From assembly GCA_017628755.1 (NCBI GenBank), contig JAGBYM010000025.1, forward strand, positions 1 through 57,440: a stretch of DNA of 57,440 nucleotides. Reading direction: 5' to 3'. The position numbers and the translations under genes are program-made. Positions 8,101 to 16,689 of this stretch are shown in pieces. This stretch comes from Clostridia bacterium. Its GTDB lineage: Bacteria; Bacillota; Clostridia; Oscillospirales; CAG-272. Each line of letters begins with the position of its first letter. The first letter of the stretch is position 1. Under the pieces are notes generated by a model. The model did not search any database and had not been told where the DNA came from. It worked only from the letters and a program-made list of their open reading frames with translations.

Positions 8101-8195
8101 GATTATTATTAAATCACGCATAAAATCTTGCAGAATACAATAGGATGATTTAATAAAGATCGAAAATTTCCGAGCATCGCGAGTAAATTCACCTT
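8070..8195. repeat. About 126-bp imperfect palindrome built from three collinear 11-bp inverted-repeat pairs
   Basis: AAGGTGAATTT (8070-8080) / AAATTCACCTT (8185-8195). AAATTTTCGAT (8093-8103) / ATCGAAAATTT (8159-8169). TTATTAAATCA (8106-8116) / TGATTTAATAA (8146-8156). Confidence 0.8.
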
Positions 8196-8242
8196 AACTC
8201 TGCACTTCCTTTTTCACATCACTTCTCTCCCGGAGGCTCAAT

Positions 8243-9409
8243 TTGATTACTCTGCTTTCAAAAATCTTTATAAAGGACGGAGGGGACGTAAGCTCTGCGC
8301 GTGTCCGCGGTGCCTACGGCACGCTCTGCGGAATCATGGGCATCATCCTCAACATCCTTCTCTTCTTCATCAAGCTCGCGGCGGGCGTAATCAGCGGCTC
8401 GATCTCGATCATGGCTGACGCCTTCAACAACCTGACCGACGCGGGCTCGTCCGTCATCACCCTGATCGGATTCCGCATGTCGGGTCAGAAGCCGGATAAG
8501 GACCACCCCTTCGGTCACGGCAGAATAGAATACATTTCGGGTCTGATCGTCTCGATGCTCATAATCCTCGTTGGCTTCGAGCTCGGCAAATCCTCTCTCG
8601 AAAAGATTATCACGCCCGAGCCTGTTGAATTCAGCATCGTAGCCGTCATCATCCTTGTCTGCTCGATTCTGATCAAGGCTTACATGGCTCTCTACAATTT
8701 CAGCATCGGCAAGAAGATCTCGTCCTCTGCAATGCGTGCAACGGCTCAGGATAGCCTCAATGACACGATCGCGACCGCCGCGGTTCTTCTCTGCCTCATC
8801 ATCTCGCGCCTCACCTCGCTCGATATCGACGCCTACTGCGGTCTTGCAGTATCGGGCTTCATTCTCTTCTCGGGTCTGCGCGCGGTCAAGGAGACGATGG
8901 ATCCCCTTCTCGGCACTCCTCCGAGCGAGGATTTCATCAAGAATATCGAGAACATCGTTTACTCTTACGAGGGCGTTGAGGGCATCCACGACCTTATCGT
9001 ACACGATTACGGTCCCGCGCGTACCATGATCTCGCTCCACGCCGAGGTTCCTTGCGACGCCGATCTGCTCAAGACACACGATATGATCGACAACATTGAA
9101 AAGGATCTGCGCGAGCGAATGGGTTGCGACGCCGTCATCCATATGGATCCCATCGCAACAAACGACGAGCTGACCAAGTCTGTGCGCGAAAAGGTAGCTT
9201 CTCTCGTAACCTGCATCGACTCCGAGCTGACCATCCACGATTTCCGCATGGTCACGGGTCCGACGCACACCAACGTCATCTTCGACGTCGTAGTCCCCTA
9301 CGGCATCAAAAAGAGCGACACCGAGATACGTAAGAACGTTGAAACGATCGTAAAATCGATTGACGAAAATTACTTCTCCGTTATCAATATTGATAGATCT
9401 TACGTATAA
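8243..9409 (+). CDS. Cation diffusion facilitator (CDF) family divalent-metal efflux transporter
   Basis: TTG start as in the ORF track. Motif FNNLTDAGSSVITLIGFRMSGQKPDKDHPFGHGRIEY. Six predicted TM segments plus a cytoplasmic C-terminal domain. 388 aa. Confidence 0.8.
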   Translation: MITLLSKIFIKDGGDVSSARVRGAYGTLCGIMGIILNILLFFIKLAAGVISGSISIMADAFNNLTDAGSSVITLIGFRMSGQKPDKDHPFGHGRIEYISGLIVSMLIILVGFELGKSSLEKIITPEPVEFSIVAVIILVCSILIKAYMALYNFSIGKKISSSAMRATAQDSLNDTIATAAVLLCLIISRLTSLDIDAYCGLAVSGFILFSGLRAVKETMDPLLGTPPSEDFIKNIENIVYSYEGVEGIHDLIVHDYGPARTMISLHAEVPCDADLLKTHDMIDNIEKDLRERMGCDAVIHMDPIATNDELTKSVREKVASLVTCIDSELTIHDFRMVTGPTHTNVIFDVVVPYGIKKSDTEIRKNVETIVKSIDENYFSVINIDRSYV

Positions 9410-9410
9410 A

Positions 9411-9441
9411 GAAAAAAGTCTGCGAAACGCAGACTTTTTCT
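9411..9441. terminator. Bidirectional Rho-independent terminator between convergent genes
   Basis: AAAAAAGTCTGCG-AAA-CGCAGACTTTTT with an A-run and a T-run on either side. Confidence 0.85.
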
Positions 9442-10290
9442 TTATATCTTTCCTTCTTCAATAAGCTCGATGAGGCTTGCGATAAGTCCTTCCGTGTGGT
9501 GGCAGAGGCAGATATCGGAGACCGCCTTTACGCAATCGAGTGCGTTGGTGGGGCAAACGGCGACGTCTGCCAATTTGAGCATTGCAAGGTCGTTTTCGTA
9601 GTCACCGCAAGCAAAGAGTCTTACGGGCTTGCCGACCTTTTTCTCAACGTACTCGCGGAGTGCGGGGAGCATAGTTGCCTTTGTGATTCCGGGTGCCTGA
9701 AATTCAAGATACGCCACGCCCGATTTGCTCGTCATAAAGCGTTCGGGCCATTTCGCTTCGATCACCGCGCGGAATTCGTCGGTGCGCTCGGGTGTACCTC
9801 TGACAACGACCTTATACCAATCGGGAACCGAAAACCAATCCTCCTCGGGCAGTGTGAAAACCTTTGCGGGTGCCACTCTCTCCAGATCGTGATCGACCTC
9901 GTGGCAACGCTCGCGCTGACCGGGGGAGGAAAGGAAGCCCTCCTCGACCGAAATTCTCGCGCCGAGATCGGGGAAATCACGAACCATGATCTCGATGATG
10001 TCCATAACGTGCTCGCGGTTCATGAGTCTGCCTTCAATAATTCTATCGGTGCGGAGATCGCAAAGCATCGCGCCGTTACAGCCAACAACGGGCGCATTGA
10101 CAAGGTCAGCGGCATCGCTCCATTTATGTTTAAGATTGAGATTGGTTCGACCCGTTGCGATGGTGAAATGACCGCCCTGTGCCTTGAGACGCTCAACTGC
10201 CTCGAGATTGCGCTCGATGGGTGAGCCGTGCTTGCCGAAAAAGGTGCCGTCAAGGTCGGTGACGATCAGAATATTACTTAAATCTGCCAT
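9442..10290 (-). CDS. Cof-type HAD-IIB family hydrolase (sugar-phosphate phosphatase-like)
   Basis: N-terminal DxD motif ILIVTDLDGTFF, TIATGR, and C-terminal GDYENDLAML. 282 aa. Confidence 0.75.
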   Translation of the reverse strand: MADLSNILIVTDLDGTFFGKHGSPIERNLEAVERLKAQGGHFTIATGRTNLNLKHKWSDAADLVNAPVVGCNGAMLCDLRTDRIIEGRLMNREHVMDIIEIMVRDFPDLGARISVEEGFLSSPGQRERCHEVDHDLERVAPAKVFTLPEEDWFSVPDWYKVVVRGTPERTDEFRAVIEAKWPERFMTSKSGVAYLEFQAPGITKATMLPALREYVEKKVGKPVRLFACGDYENDLAMLKLADVAVCPTNALDCVKAVSDICLCHHTEGLIASLIELIEEGKI

Positions 10291-10291
10291 T

Positions 10292-11239
10292 TTACTGTTC
10301 CTGTCTGAAAATTTCGATAAGGTGCGCCATATTTTCGGGAAGCGGAGCCTCGAAGCTCATGCGCTCGCCCGTGCGCGGATGGTCGAGCTCAAGTCTGTAG
10401 GCGTGCAGACACTGACCCGAAATGTATTTTGCATGCTCCTTTGCGGCGCGGCACTTGTCTCCGCCATAGACGCTGTCGCCGAGAACGGGGTGTCCGATGC
10501 TCGACATATGCACGCGGATCTGATGCGTGCGTCCGGTTTCAAGCTTACACTCAATCAGCGACTTGCCGTGGAAACGCTCTGCCACAGTCCAGTGAGTAAC
10601 AGCCTCGCGTCCGCCCTGAACGATTGCCATACGCTTGCGGTCAACGGGATGGCGTCCGATAGGGGCGTCAACCGTGCCCGCGTCCTCGCGCGGTGAACCG
10701 ACGCAGAGCGCCATATAGCGTCTGTACGCCGTGTGGAGCGCGATCTGCTCGGATAATGAGCGGTGCGCAATATCGTTCTTGGCGACGACAAGAAGCCCCG
10801 AGGTGTCCTTGTCGATACGGTGGACGATACCCGGGCGCTGAACTCCGCCGATGCCCGAAAGCGAGCTTCCGCAATGGTAAAGCAGAGCCGAAACAAGCGT
10901 ACCCGTCATGTTTCCGGGCGCGGGATGAACTACCATTCCGCTCGGCTTATTGACAACGATGATATCCGCGTCCTCATAAATGACGTCAAGCGGGATATTT
11001 TCGGGAACGACCTCGTCGGGAAGCGGCTCGGGTCGGACAACGACAACACTTTCGCCCTCGCGGAGGACGTAGTTTTTCTTGACGTTCTTACCGCCGACGG
11101 TGACACGTCCGTCCTCGCAAAGCTTTGCCGCAGCAGAGCGGGAGATTGGCTCGTCCTCATCGGCACTCATGCGCGCAAGAAAGCTATCAACTCTCTCGCC
11201 CGCCAAGGCGGGATAAACGCTCGTGTACTCTCCGCTCAT
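10292..11239 (-). CDS. rluD: RluA-family 23S rRNA pseudouridine synthase (RluD-like) with N-terminal S4 domain
   Basis: Catalytic motif HRIDKDTSGLLVVAKN. Conserved lspA-rluD synteny. Start overlaps the lspA stop (ATGA). Confidence 0.85.
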   Translation of the reverse strand: MSGEYTSVYPALAGERVDSFLARMSADEDEPISRSAAAKLCEDGRVTVGGKNVKKNYVLREGESVVVVRPEPLPDEVVPENIPLDVIYEDADIIVVNKPSGMVVHPAPGNMTGTLVSALLYHCGSSLSGIGGVQRPGIVHRIDKDTSGLLVVAKNDIAHRSLSEQIALHTAYRRYMALCVGSPREDAGTVDAPIGRHPVDRKRMAIVQGGREAVTHWTVAERFHGKSLIECKLETGRTHQIRVHMSSIGHPVLGDSVYGGDKCRAAKEHAKYISGQCLHAYRLELDHPRTGERMSFEAPLPENMAHLIEIFRQEQ

Positions 11240-11754
11240 TCAGCATTCTCCTTTGCTTCCTTCTCTGCCTTCTCTGCCTTCTCTGCCTTTTCAGCCTTGT
11301 AAGCCTTCACCGTATCGATGATAAGCCATACGGACAGCATAAAGGTACCCACGCAGACGCAGGAGTCGGCAATGTTGAATACCCATTTCCAGAGGTTCGG
11401 GAATGCGCAGAAGTCGATAAAATCTATAACGTAGCCGAGAAGGACGCGGTCGATCATGTTTCCGATACCGCCGCCCACGATGAGGATCAGCGAGGTCATA
11501 ACCCACTTGCTTGTCGGCTTGTATTTGCAAATGTAAAATATCAGCGCGGCGATCATAACGGTTGAAAGAACGAGGAAGACCCAACGGTGATCGTCAAGCA
11601 TTCCGAATGCCGCGCCGTCGTTTTCAACGTAGGTAAAGCGGAGCACACCCTTGATAATATAGATGGACTCTTTGCCCTGAAGCCCCGCAACGACCAGCCA
11701 TTTAGAAAGCTGATCAGCAAATATAATTAAAATCAGAAGAATAATCCAAAGCAT
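11236..11754 (-). CDS. lspA: Lipoprotein signal peptidase II with an unusual C-terminal (AEK)n extension
   Basis: MLWIILLILIIFADQLSKW..., NDGAAFGM, GGGIGNMIDR and FNIAD motifs. Synteny ileS-lspA-rluD. Tail KAYKAEKAEKAEKAEKEAKENAE. Confidence 0.9.
   Translation of the reverse strand: MLWIILLILIIFADQLSKWLVVAGLQGKESIYIIKGVLRFTYVENDGAAFGMLDDHRWVFLVLSTVMIAALIFYICKYKPTSKWVMTSLILIVGGGIGNMIDRVLLGYVIDFIDFCAFPNLWKWVFNIADSCVCVGTFMLSVWLIIDTVKAYKAEKAEKAEKAEKEAKENAE
11255..11293 (-). repeat. In-frame 9-bp tandem repeat (GCCTTCTCT on the + strand, about 4 units) encoding the (AEK)n tail of LspA
   Basis: GCCTTCTCT at 11267-11275 and 11276-11284, flanked by degenerate units. Confidence 0.8.
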
Positions 11755-11880
11755 TTTGCTTTCCTTATAAGGACGGGGTCGGCTCAGATCTTAATGAACC
11801 GACCCCATCAATTGTGTTATTTCAATTAAAGAGTTTTTCACGCATTTCAATTGTAAAACGCAGTTTTACAATTGAGAAAA

Positions 11881-14676
11881 TTAGAGACTCTCAAGAATCT
11901 TCTTGCATCTTTCGCAGATGAAGCCTTCTTCGTCGGATTCGCCCTCGGTGGAGTAGCACCAGCAGCGGTCGCATCTCTTACCGTCAGCATTCTCAACGAG
12001 AACGGCGATCTTGCCTTCCTCGGGAACGTATGCGCCCTCGGGAGCAGCAGCGTTTACTACGTGTGCGCCGGATGTGATGAACACGGTCTTGAGCTCTTCC
12101 TCGGTGAACTTGCCGAGAAGCTCGAGAACTGCCGCGTCAGCGGTGTAAACGGTAACCTTAGCGTCAAGCGACTTACCGATCTTCTTCTCTGCACGCGCGA
12201 TTTCAAGCGCCTTCATGACGTCATCGCGGAGGGTGAAGAGCTCTTCCCAACGCTCGGAGCCGTCAAAGGCGAACTTGCCGTCAGCCTTGGGCATTTCGGA
12301 AAGATATACGCTGGTCACGTCGTCAGTCGATGCGTGAGGCATGGACTGCCAGATCTCCTCTGCGGTGTAAGCGAGGATAGGAGCGATCATCTTTACAAGT
12401 GCAGAGATGATATAGTAGAACGCGGTCTGAGCCGAACGGCGTGCCTTCGAGGTGGGATTCTCAACGTAAACGCGGTCCTTGGTGATGTCGATATAGAGCT
12501 TGGACATATCAACGGTGCAGAAGTTGTTGATAGCGTGATAAACGAGGTGGAAGGAGTAGTTGTCATAAGCTGCACGGACCTCGGAGATAAGAGCCTCGAG
12601 GCGCGAGAGAGCCCAGCGGTCGATGTCAAGCATATCCTCGAGCGCGACAAGGTCGGTATCGGGATTGAAGTCGCCGAGGTTAGCCATGATGATACGTGCG
12701 GTGTTACGGATCTTACGGTAGGTCTCGGAGAGCTGCTTGAAGATGTTATCGGAAACGCGGACGTCAACCTGATAGTCGCTCGATGCAACCCAGAGGCGGA
12801 CGAGGTCTGCGCCGTACTTCTTAACGATATCGTCGGGGTTGATTACGTTGCCGAGGGACTTGTGCATAGCCTTGCCCTCGCCGTCAACAACCCAACCGTG
12901 GGTGAGTACCTGCTTGAAGGGAGCGTCTGTCTTGCCCGAGCCGATAGCGGTCAGGAGAGAAGCCTGGAACCATCCGCGGTACTGGTCAGCACCCTCAAGG
13001 TATACGTCAGCGGGCCACTCAACGTCAGCGGCATCATCAATTACGGAGAAGTGGGTAGATCCCGAGTCAAACCAACCGTCAAGAGTATTGGTCTCCTTCG
13101 AAAAATGCTTCTTGCCGCAAACGGGGCATACGAAATCCTCGCCGAGGATCTCGGAAGCTTCCATATCAAACCAAGCGTTCGAGCCCTTTTCGGCGAACAC
13201 CTTTGCTACCTTATCGATGGATGCGTCGTTGCAGATCGCCTCGCCGCAGTCCTCGCAGTAGAATACGGGAATGGGAAGACCCCAATGGCGCTGACGGGAG
13301 ATACACCAATCGGCTCTCTCACGGATCATCTGCACCATTCTCTCGCCGCCCCATGCGGGAAGCCAGGTTACGGGTTCACAAGCGGCAACAGCGGCATCCT
13401 TAAAGCCTGCAACAGAGCAGAACCACTGGGGAGTTGCGCGGAAGATGATGGGATTCTTACATCTCCAGCAGTGAGGATAGGAGTGAACGGTGGTCTCGGA
13501 TGCGAAGAGTGCGCCCGATTCCTTCATATCTGCGAGAATAGCCTCATTGGACTTCTCGTAGTAAAGTCCCGCGTACTTGCCCGCTTCCTCGGTCTGATAA
13601 CCGCGGTCGTCAACGGGAACGATGATATCGATATTGTATCTACGGCAGGTGTTGTAGTCGTCTGCACCGAAGCCGGGAGCGGTATGAACGCATCCTGTAC
13701 CGCTGTCCATGGTTACGTAATCTGCGTTAACTACGATACTGTCGCGGTCAAGGAAGGGATGACGTGCTGTCATGAACTCGAACTCGCGTCCGGGCATAGT
13801 GAGGACGGTCTCGTACTCCTCGATGCCGCCCGCAGCCATGGTCTTAGCCGCGAGAGCCTCTGCGGTGATGTAGCAGGTTCCGTCAGCGGCGCGGGTTACG
13901 GCGTAGTTCTCAATGGGGTTGAGAGCGATTGCAAGGTTGCCGGGAAGAGTCCAAGTGGTGGTTGTCCAGATGATGAAGTAGGTCTTGTCGAGGTCGATGC
14001 CCGCGAGCTTACCCTTGTCATCGTTTACCTTGAACTTAACGAAGATGGAGGTGCACTTATCGTCAGCATACTCGATCTCTGCCTCTGCGAGAGCGGTCTC
14101 GTCGTGGGGGCACCAATAAACGGGCTTGAGACCCTTGTAGATATAGCCGCGCTTGAACATCTCGCCGAATACGCGAACCTCGCGTGCCTCAAACTCGGGA
14201 GCCATGGTGATATAGGGATGCTCCCAATCTGCAACGATGCCGAGTCTCTGGAACTGGAGAGACTGCTTGTCTACGAAATCCTGCGCGAACTTATGGCAAG
14301 CCGAGCGGAATTCGGAAATCGACATCTTCTTGCGGTCGAGCTTGTTCTTCTTGATGATAGCCGACTCGATGGGCATACCGTGGTTGTCCCAACCCGGAAC
14401 GAAGGGAACGCGGTAGCCTTCCATGATCTTCGATTTATTGATGATATCCTTTAAGATCTTGTTGAGCGCGTGGCCCATATGGATATTTCCGTTCGAGAAA
14501 GGAGGGCCGTCGTGAAGCGCGAACTGGGGCTTGCCCTCTGCGTTGGCAAGAAGACGGTTGTAAAGATCTTTTTCCTGCCAGTACTTGAGCATTTCGGGCT
14601 CGCGCTGAGGCAGATTTGCCCTCATCGCAAAGCTTGTCTGGGGCAGATTGAGTGTGCTTGTGTAGTCCTTGGACAT
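11881..14676 (-). CDS. ileS: Isoleucine--tRNA ligase (type 1, with C-terminal zinc-binding Cys motifs)
   Basis: HIGH-type motif PFSNGNIHMGHALNK. KMSKS-type motif GKAMHKSLGN. C-terminal CDRCWC...CERC. 931 aa. RBS AAGGAG. Confidence 0.97.
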   Translation of the reverse strand: MSKDYTSTLNLPQTSFAMRANLPQREPEMLKYWQEKDLYNRLLANAEGKPQFALHDGPPFSNGNIHMGHALNKILKDIINKSKIMEGYRVPFVPGWDNHGMPIESAIIKKNKLDRKKMSISEFRSACHKFAQDFVDKQSLQFQRLGIVADWEHPYITMAPEFEAREVRVFGEMFKRGYIYKGLKPVYWCPHDETALAEAEIEYADDKCTSIFVKFKVNDDKGKLAGIDLDKTYFIIWTTTTWTLPGNLAIALNPIENYAVTRAADGTCYITAEALAAKTMAAGGIEEYETVLTMPGREFEFMTARHPFLDRDSIVVNADYVTMDSGTGCVHTAPGFGADDYNTCRRYNIDIIVPVDDRGYQTEEAGKYAGLYYEKSNEAILADMKESGALFASETTVHSYPHCWRCKNPIIFRATPQWFCSVAGFKDAAVAACEPVTWLPAWGGERMVQMIRERADWCISRQRHWGLPIPVFYCEDCGEAICNDASIDKVAKVFAEKGSNAWFDMEASEILGEDFVCPVCGKKHFSKETNTLDGWFDSGSTHFSVIDDAADVEWPADVYLEGADQYRGWFQASLLTAIGSGKTDAPFKQVLTHGWVVDGEGKAMHKSLGNVINPDDIVKKYGADLVRLWVASSDYQVDVRVSDNIFKQLSETYRKIRNTARIIMANLGDFNPDTDLVALEDMLDIDRWALSRLEALISEVRAAYDNYSFHLVYHAINNFCTVDMSKLYIDITKDRVYVENPTSKARRSAQTAFYYIISALVKMIAPILAYTAEEIWQSMPHASTDDVTSVYLSEMPKADGKFAFDGSERWEELFTLRDDVMKALEIARAEKKIGKSLDAKVTVYTADAAVLELLGKFTEEELKTVFITSGAHVVNAAAPEGAYVPEEGKIAVLVENADGKRCDRCWCYSTEGESDEEGFICERCKKILESL

Positions 14677-14722
14677 AATGTGTATATCTCCTTAAAAATA
14701 TGTAATTCGTTTGCCTTAAGGC

Positions 14723-15856
14723 TTATTTTTTGCGTCTTGCGCGGATAGCGTCAAGAGCGCTCTTCATATCGGTAAAGCTTGCGGGAGTGTGCTTTTCTTC
14801 TGCCGCAGGAGCTTCTTCCACCTTGGATTCTTCGACGGTCGCCGCTTCCTCGGGATCGCTATACATCTGCGCAAGACGCGCGGAAAGATCTTCATCGTCA
14901 ACCGGATCTGCGGGCTCGATCTCCTCGGGCTCGCTGTCAAGTCCCGCGGAACGGATCAGATCGTCCGCAAGCGCGGATTCGTCGGCTACGACCTCGGTAA
15001 CGGTCTCCTCAACGGTCTCGGTGTCTTCTGCGGGGATCTCCTCGGTAATTTCTTCAATGGCGGGAGGAACGACCTCGGTCTCTTCCTCGGCAACCTCATC
15101 CTCGAAAGCTTCAAGAACGGCTACTTCGGCAAGAAGAGCTTCCTCCTCCTCAGATACTACCTCTTCGTCTTCCTCGGGGATCGGATCGGATTCTATAATT
15201 TCCTCGGTCGGAATTATCATCTCGGGAATTATTGCAACGGTCTCTTCCTCTGTCTCCTCCACGGTCTCTTCCGCGGGTTCGTCGGCAAAGATCATGGGGA
15301 TAACGTCAGTGGGAACACCGTCGATCCTGTCGCCGAGAACGTCGATCGCATCGAGAATCTGCTGTGCCGATGCGTGGATGCTTCCGTTAGCGGTGTTTGC
15401 GGCGTCAAGAGCAGCACCCGAAGCAGCCTTTGCGGCTTCTGCGGTATCCTTGATCTCCTTTACTGCGTCCGCAGCCTGATCTGCGGCGGTCTTTGCAGCC
15501 TCGGAAGCAGCCTTCGCTTCCTTTGCCGAATCCTCAGCCTTCTTAGCCGAGATAGCGGCGTCGTTGACAATGCAAAGCGTGTCGCTTACGGTCGTTCTGA
15601 TAGACGCGATCTGCTCGGAAAGCGACGCAATGAGTGCCTCGATGCCCGAAAGATCAACCTCAGCCGAAACTGCGGCGGGAGTAGCATTCTCTGCCGCCTC
15701 ACGGAGAGCCGCGATCTCTGCCTTCAGATCGGCATTTTCTTTATAAAGTCTGCCGGAAACCGCAAAAAGCTCGGAGAGCGCGGCATCGGCGTTTGCAGAA
15801 GGATAGCTATCGCCCTTCAGCTGATATTTCTGTCTGAAATTCTCCGGAATTTTCAT
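14723..15856 (-). CDS. DivIVA-like coiled-coil protein with a very long Ala/Glu-rich and acidic low-complexity C-terminal region
   Basis: The position (yggT - this gene - ileS) matches divIVA in Firmicutes. The N-terminus F..KYQLKGDSY....AALSEL......LYKENADLKAEIAALRE fits the DivIVA-domain pattern. The remainder is coiled-coil and acidic (EETVEETEEETV...). Confidence 0.55.
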   Translation of the reverse strand: MKIPENFRQKYQLKGDSYPSANADAALSELFAVSGRLYKENADLKAEIAALREAAENATPAAVSAEVDLSGIEALIASLSEQIASIRTTVSDTLCIVNDAAISAKKAEDSAKEAKAASEAAKTAADQAADAVKEIKDTAEAAKAASGAALDAANTANGSIHASAQQILDAIDVLGDRIDGVPTDVIPMIFADEPAEETVEETEEETVAIIPEMIIPTEEIIESDPIPEEDEEVVSEEEEALLAEVAVLEAFEDEVAEEETEVVPPAIEEITEEIPAEDTETVEETVTEVVADESALADDLIRSAGLDSEPEEIEPADPVDDEDLSARLAQMYSDPEEAATVEESKVEEAPAAEEKHTPASFTDMKSALDAIRARRKK

Positions 15857-15880
15857 AAAAAACCTCCAAAAATTTTAATG

Positions 15881-16162
15881 CTACATCGGTATCGAGGCAA
15901 GAAGCACTTGAACCATACCGATCAGCAACGTTGTGAAAAAGAAGGAAACGTCCATGGGCGTACCCTGGAAGAGTCCAAGTCTTTCAAAAATCTTGCGCAC
16001 GGGCAGTATGAAGGGCTCGGTGAAATAATACAGAATCATAGAAAGCCCGCTTTCCTCACCCATCATAAAAAACGACATCAGCGCGCGCGCCAGCATTGCA
16101 AAAAGCAAAACTGTGAGAAACAGATCAACGAAATTGACCGTCAGTACCAAAAAAAGTTTCAA
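15881..16162 (-). CDS. yggT: YggT/YlmG family small membrane protein
   Basis: 93 aa with 2-3 TM segments, motif TEPFILPVRKIF, and synteny between sepF and the divIVA-like gene. Confidence 0.8.
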   Translation of the reverse strand: MKLFLVLTVNFVDLFLTVLLFAMLARALMSFFMMGEESGLSMILYYFTEPFILPVRKIFERLGLFQGTPMDVSFFFTTLLIGMVQVLLASIPM

Positions 16163-16185
16163 AAACTATTCCGCCTTTCGGGAAA

Positions 16186-16674
16186 TCAATAGGTGTATCC
16201 GCCGATACCGCCAAAGCCCGCAAAGCCGTAACCCTCGTCAGCGGGAGCCTCCTCGGATTCGATAACCTCCTCAGCGATCTCCATCGAGTTGGGAGAGAGC
16301 ATATAGGTGGTATCGGAAACCGGCTGGATCTGTCCGCCGATAGCGAAAACAACACCGGTAAGGAAGCACACGAGATCGTGGGAAACCTCCTTGGTCGTAT
16401 TTTCCATATGAATAAGAACGGGATGATTCTCCATAAGCGCGGTTGCTATGGTCTGTCCGTCGGCAAAGCTGGTGGGACGGATAAGCTTCATCTGCACGGG
16501 TGCGGAATGAGCCATGCCGAAAGAGGGGCGCGCGGGAGCCGCGGTCTTTTCGGGAACGGGCTTTTCCTCGGGTGCGGGAGCGCCGTAATCCTCATCCTGG
16601 CCGTAGTAAGCCGAATCGAAATCATCTTCCTTGAGATTCTTTGTCTGCTTGTTGAAAATGTTGAGAGCTGCCAT
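16186..16674 (-). CDS. sepF: Cell division protein SepF
   Basis: Conserved C-terminal domain (LIRPTSFADGQTIATALMENHPVLIHMENT...FLTGVVFAIGG). ylmE-sepF-yggT synteny. 162 aa. Confidence 0.85.
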   Translation of the reverse strand: MAALNIFNKQTKNLKEDDFDSAYYGQDEDYGAPAPEEKPVPEKTAAPARPSFGMAHSAPVQMKLIRPTSFADGQTIATALMENHPVLIHMENTTKEVSHDLVCFLTGVVFAIGGQIQPVSDTTYMLSPNSMEIAEEVIESEEAPADEGYGFAGFGGIGGYTY

Positions 16675-16689
16675 TTTAAATTCCTCCGT

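Noticed and set aside
8067-8123. Mini-ORFs starting at the ATG of the ATGAAGGTG motif. Examples: MKVNFRRSENFRLLLNHA at 8067, MKVNFRRGGNFHF on the minus strand near 56205 and MKEIFRHLAKNHKYN near 38809.
   Set aside because: There is no Shine-Dalgarno sequence upstream. The peptide similarity follows from the DNA repeat. Lengths and ends are not conserved, and the sequence is better explained as hairpin plus terminator.
8100-8242. Metal-sensing (NiCo/czcD-type) riboswitch upstream of the CDF transporter.
   Set aside because: The leader is AT-rich and dominated by the repeat palindrome. I see none of the GC-rich four-helix junction sequence expected for that riboswitch class. I cannot exclude it without a covariance-model scan.
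11872-14454. Very long antisense ORFs in the track. Examples: 860 aa opposite ileS, 4634-6160 opposite the OYE gene, 14789-16192 opposite the divIVA-like/yggT genes, 29775-31031, 41426-42631, 50615-52204, 172-939 and 2125-3243.
   Set aside because: Each lies fully inside a gene with clear family motifs on the other strand. Their translations are low-complexity (Val/Gly/Ala/Asp/Arg-rich) with no motifs or RBS. Open antisense frames are expected with strong GC3 bias.
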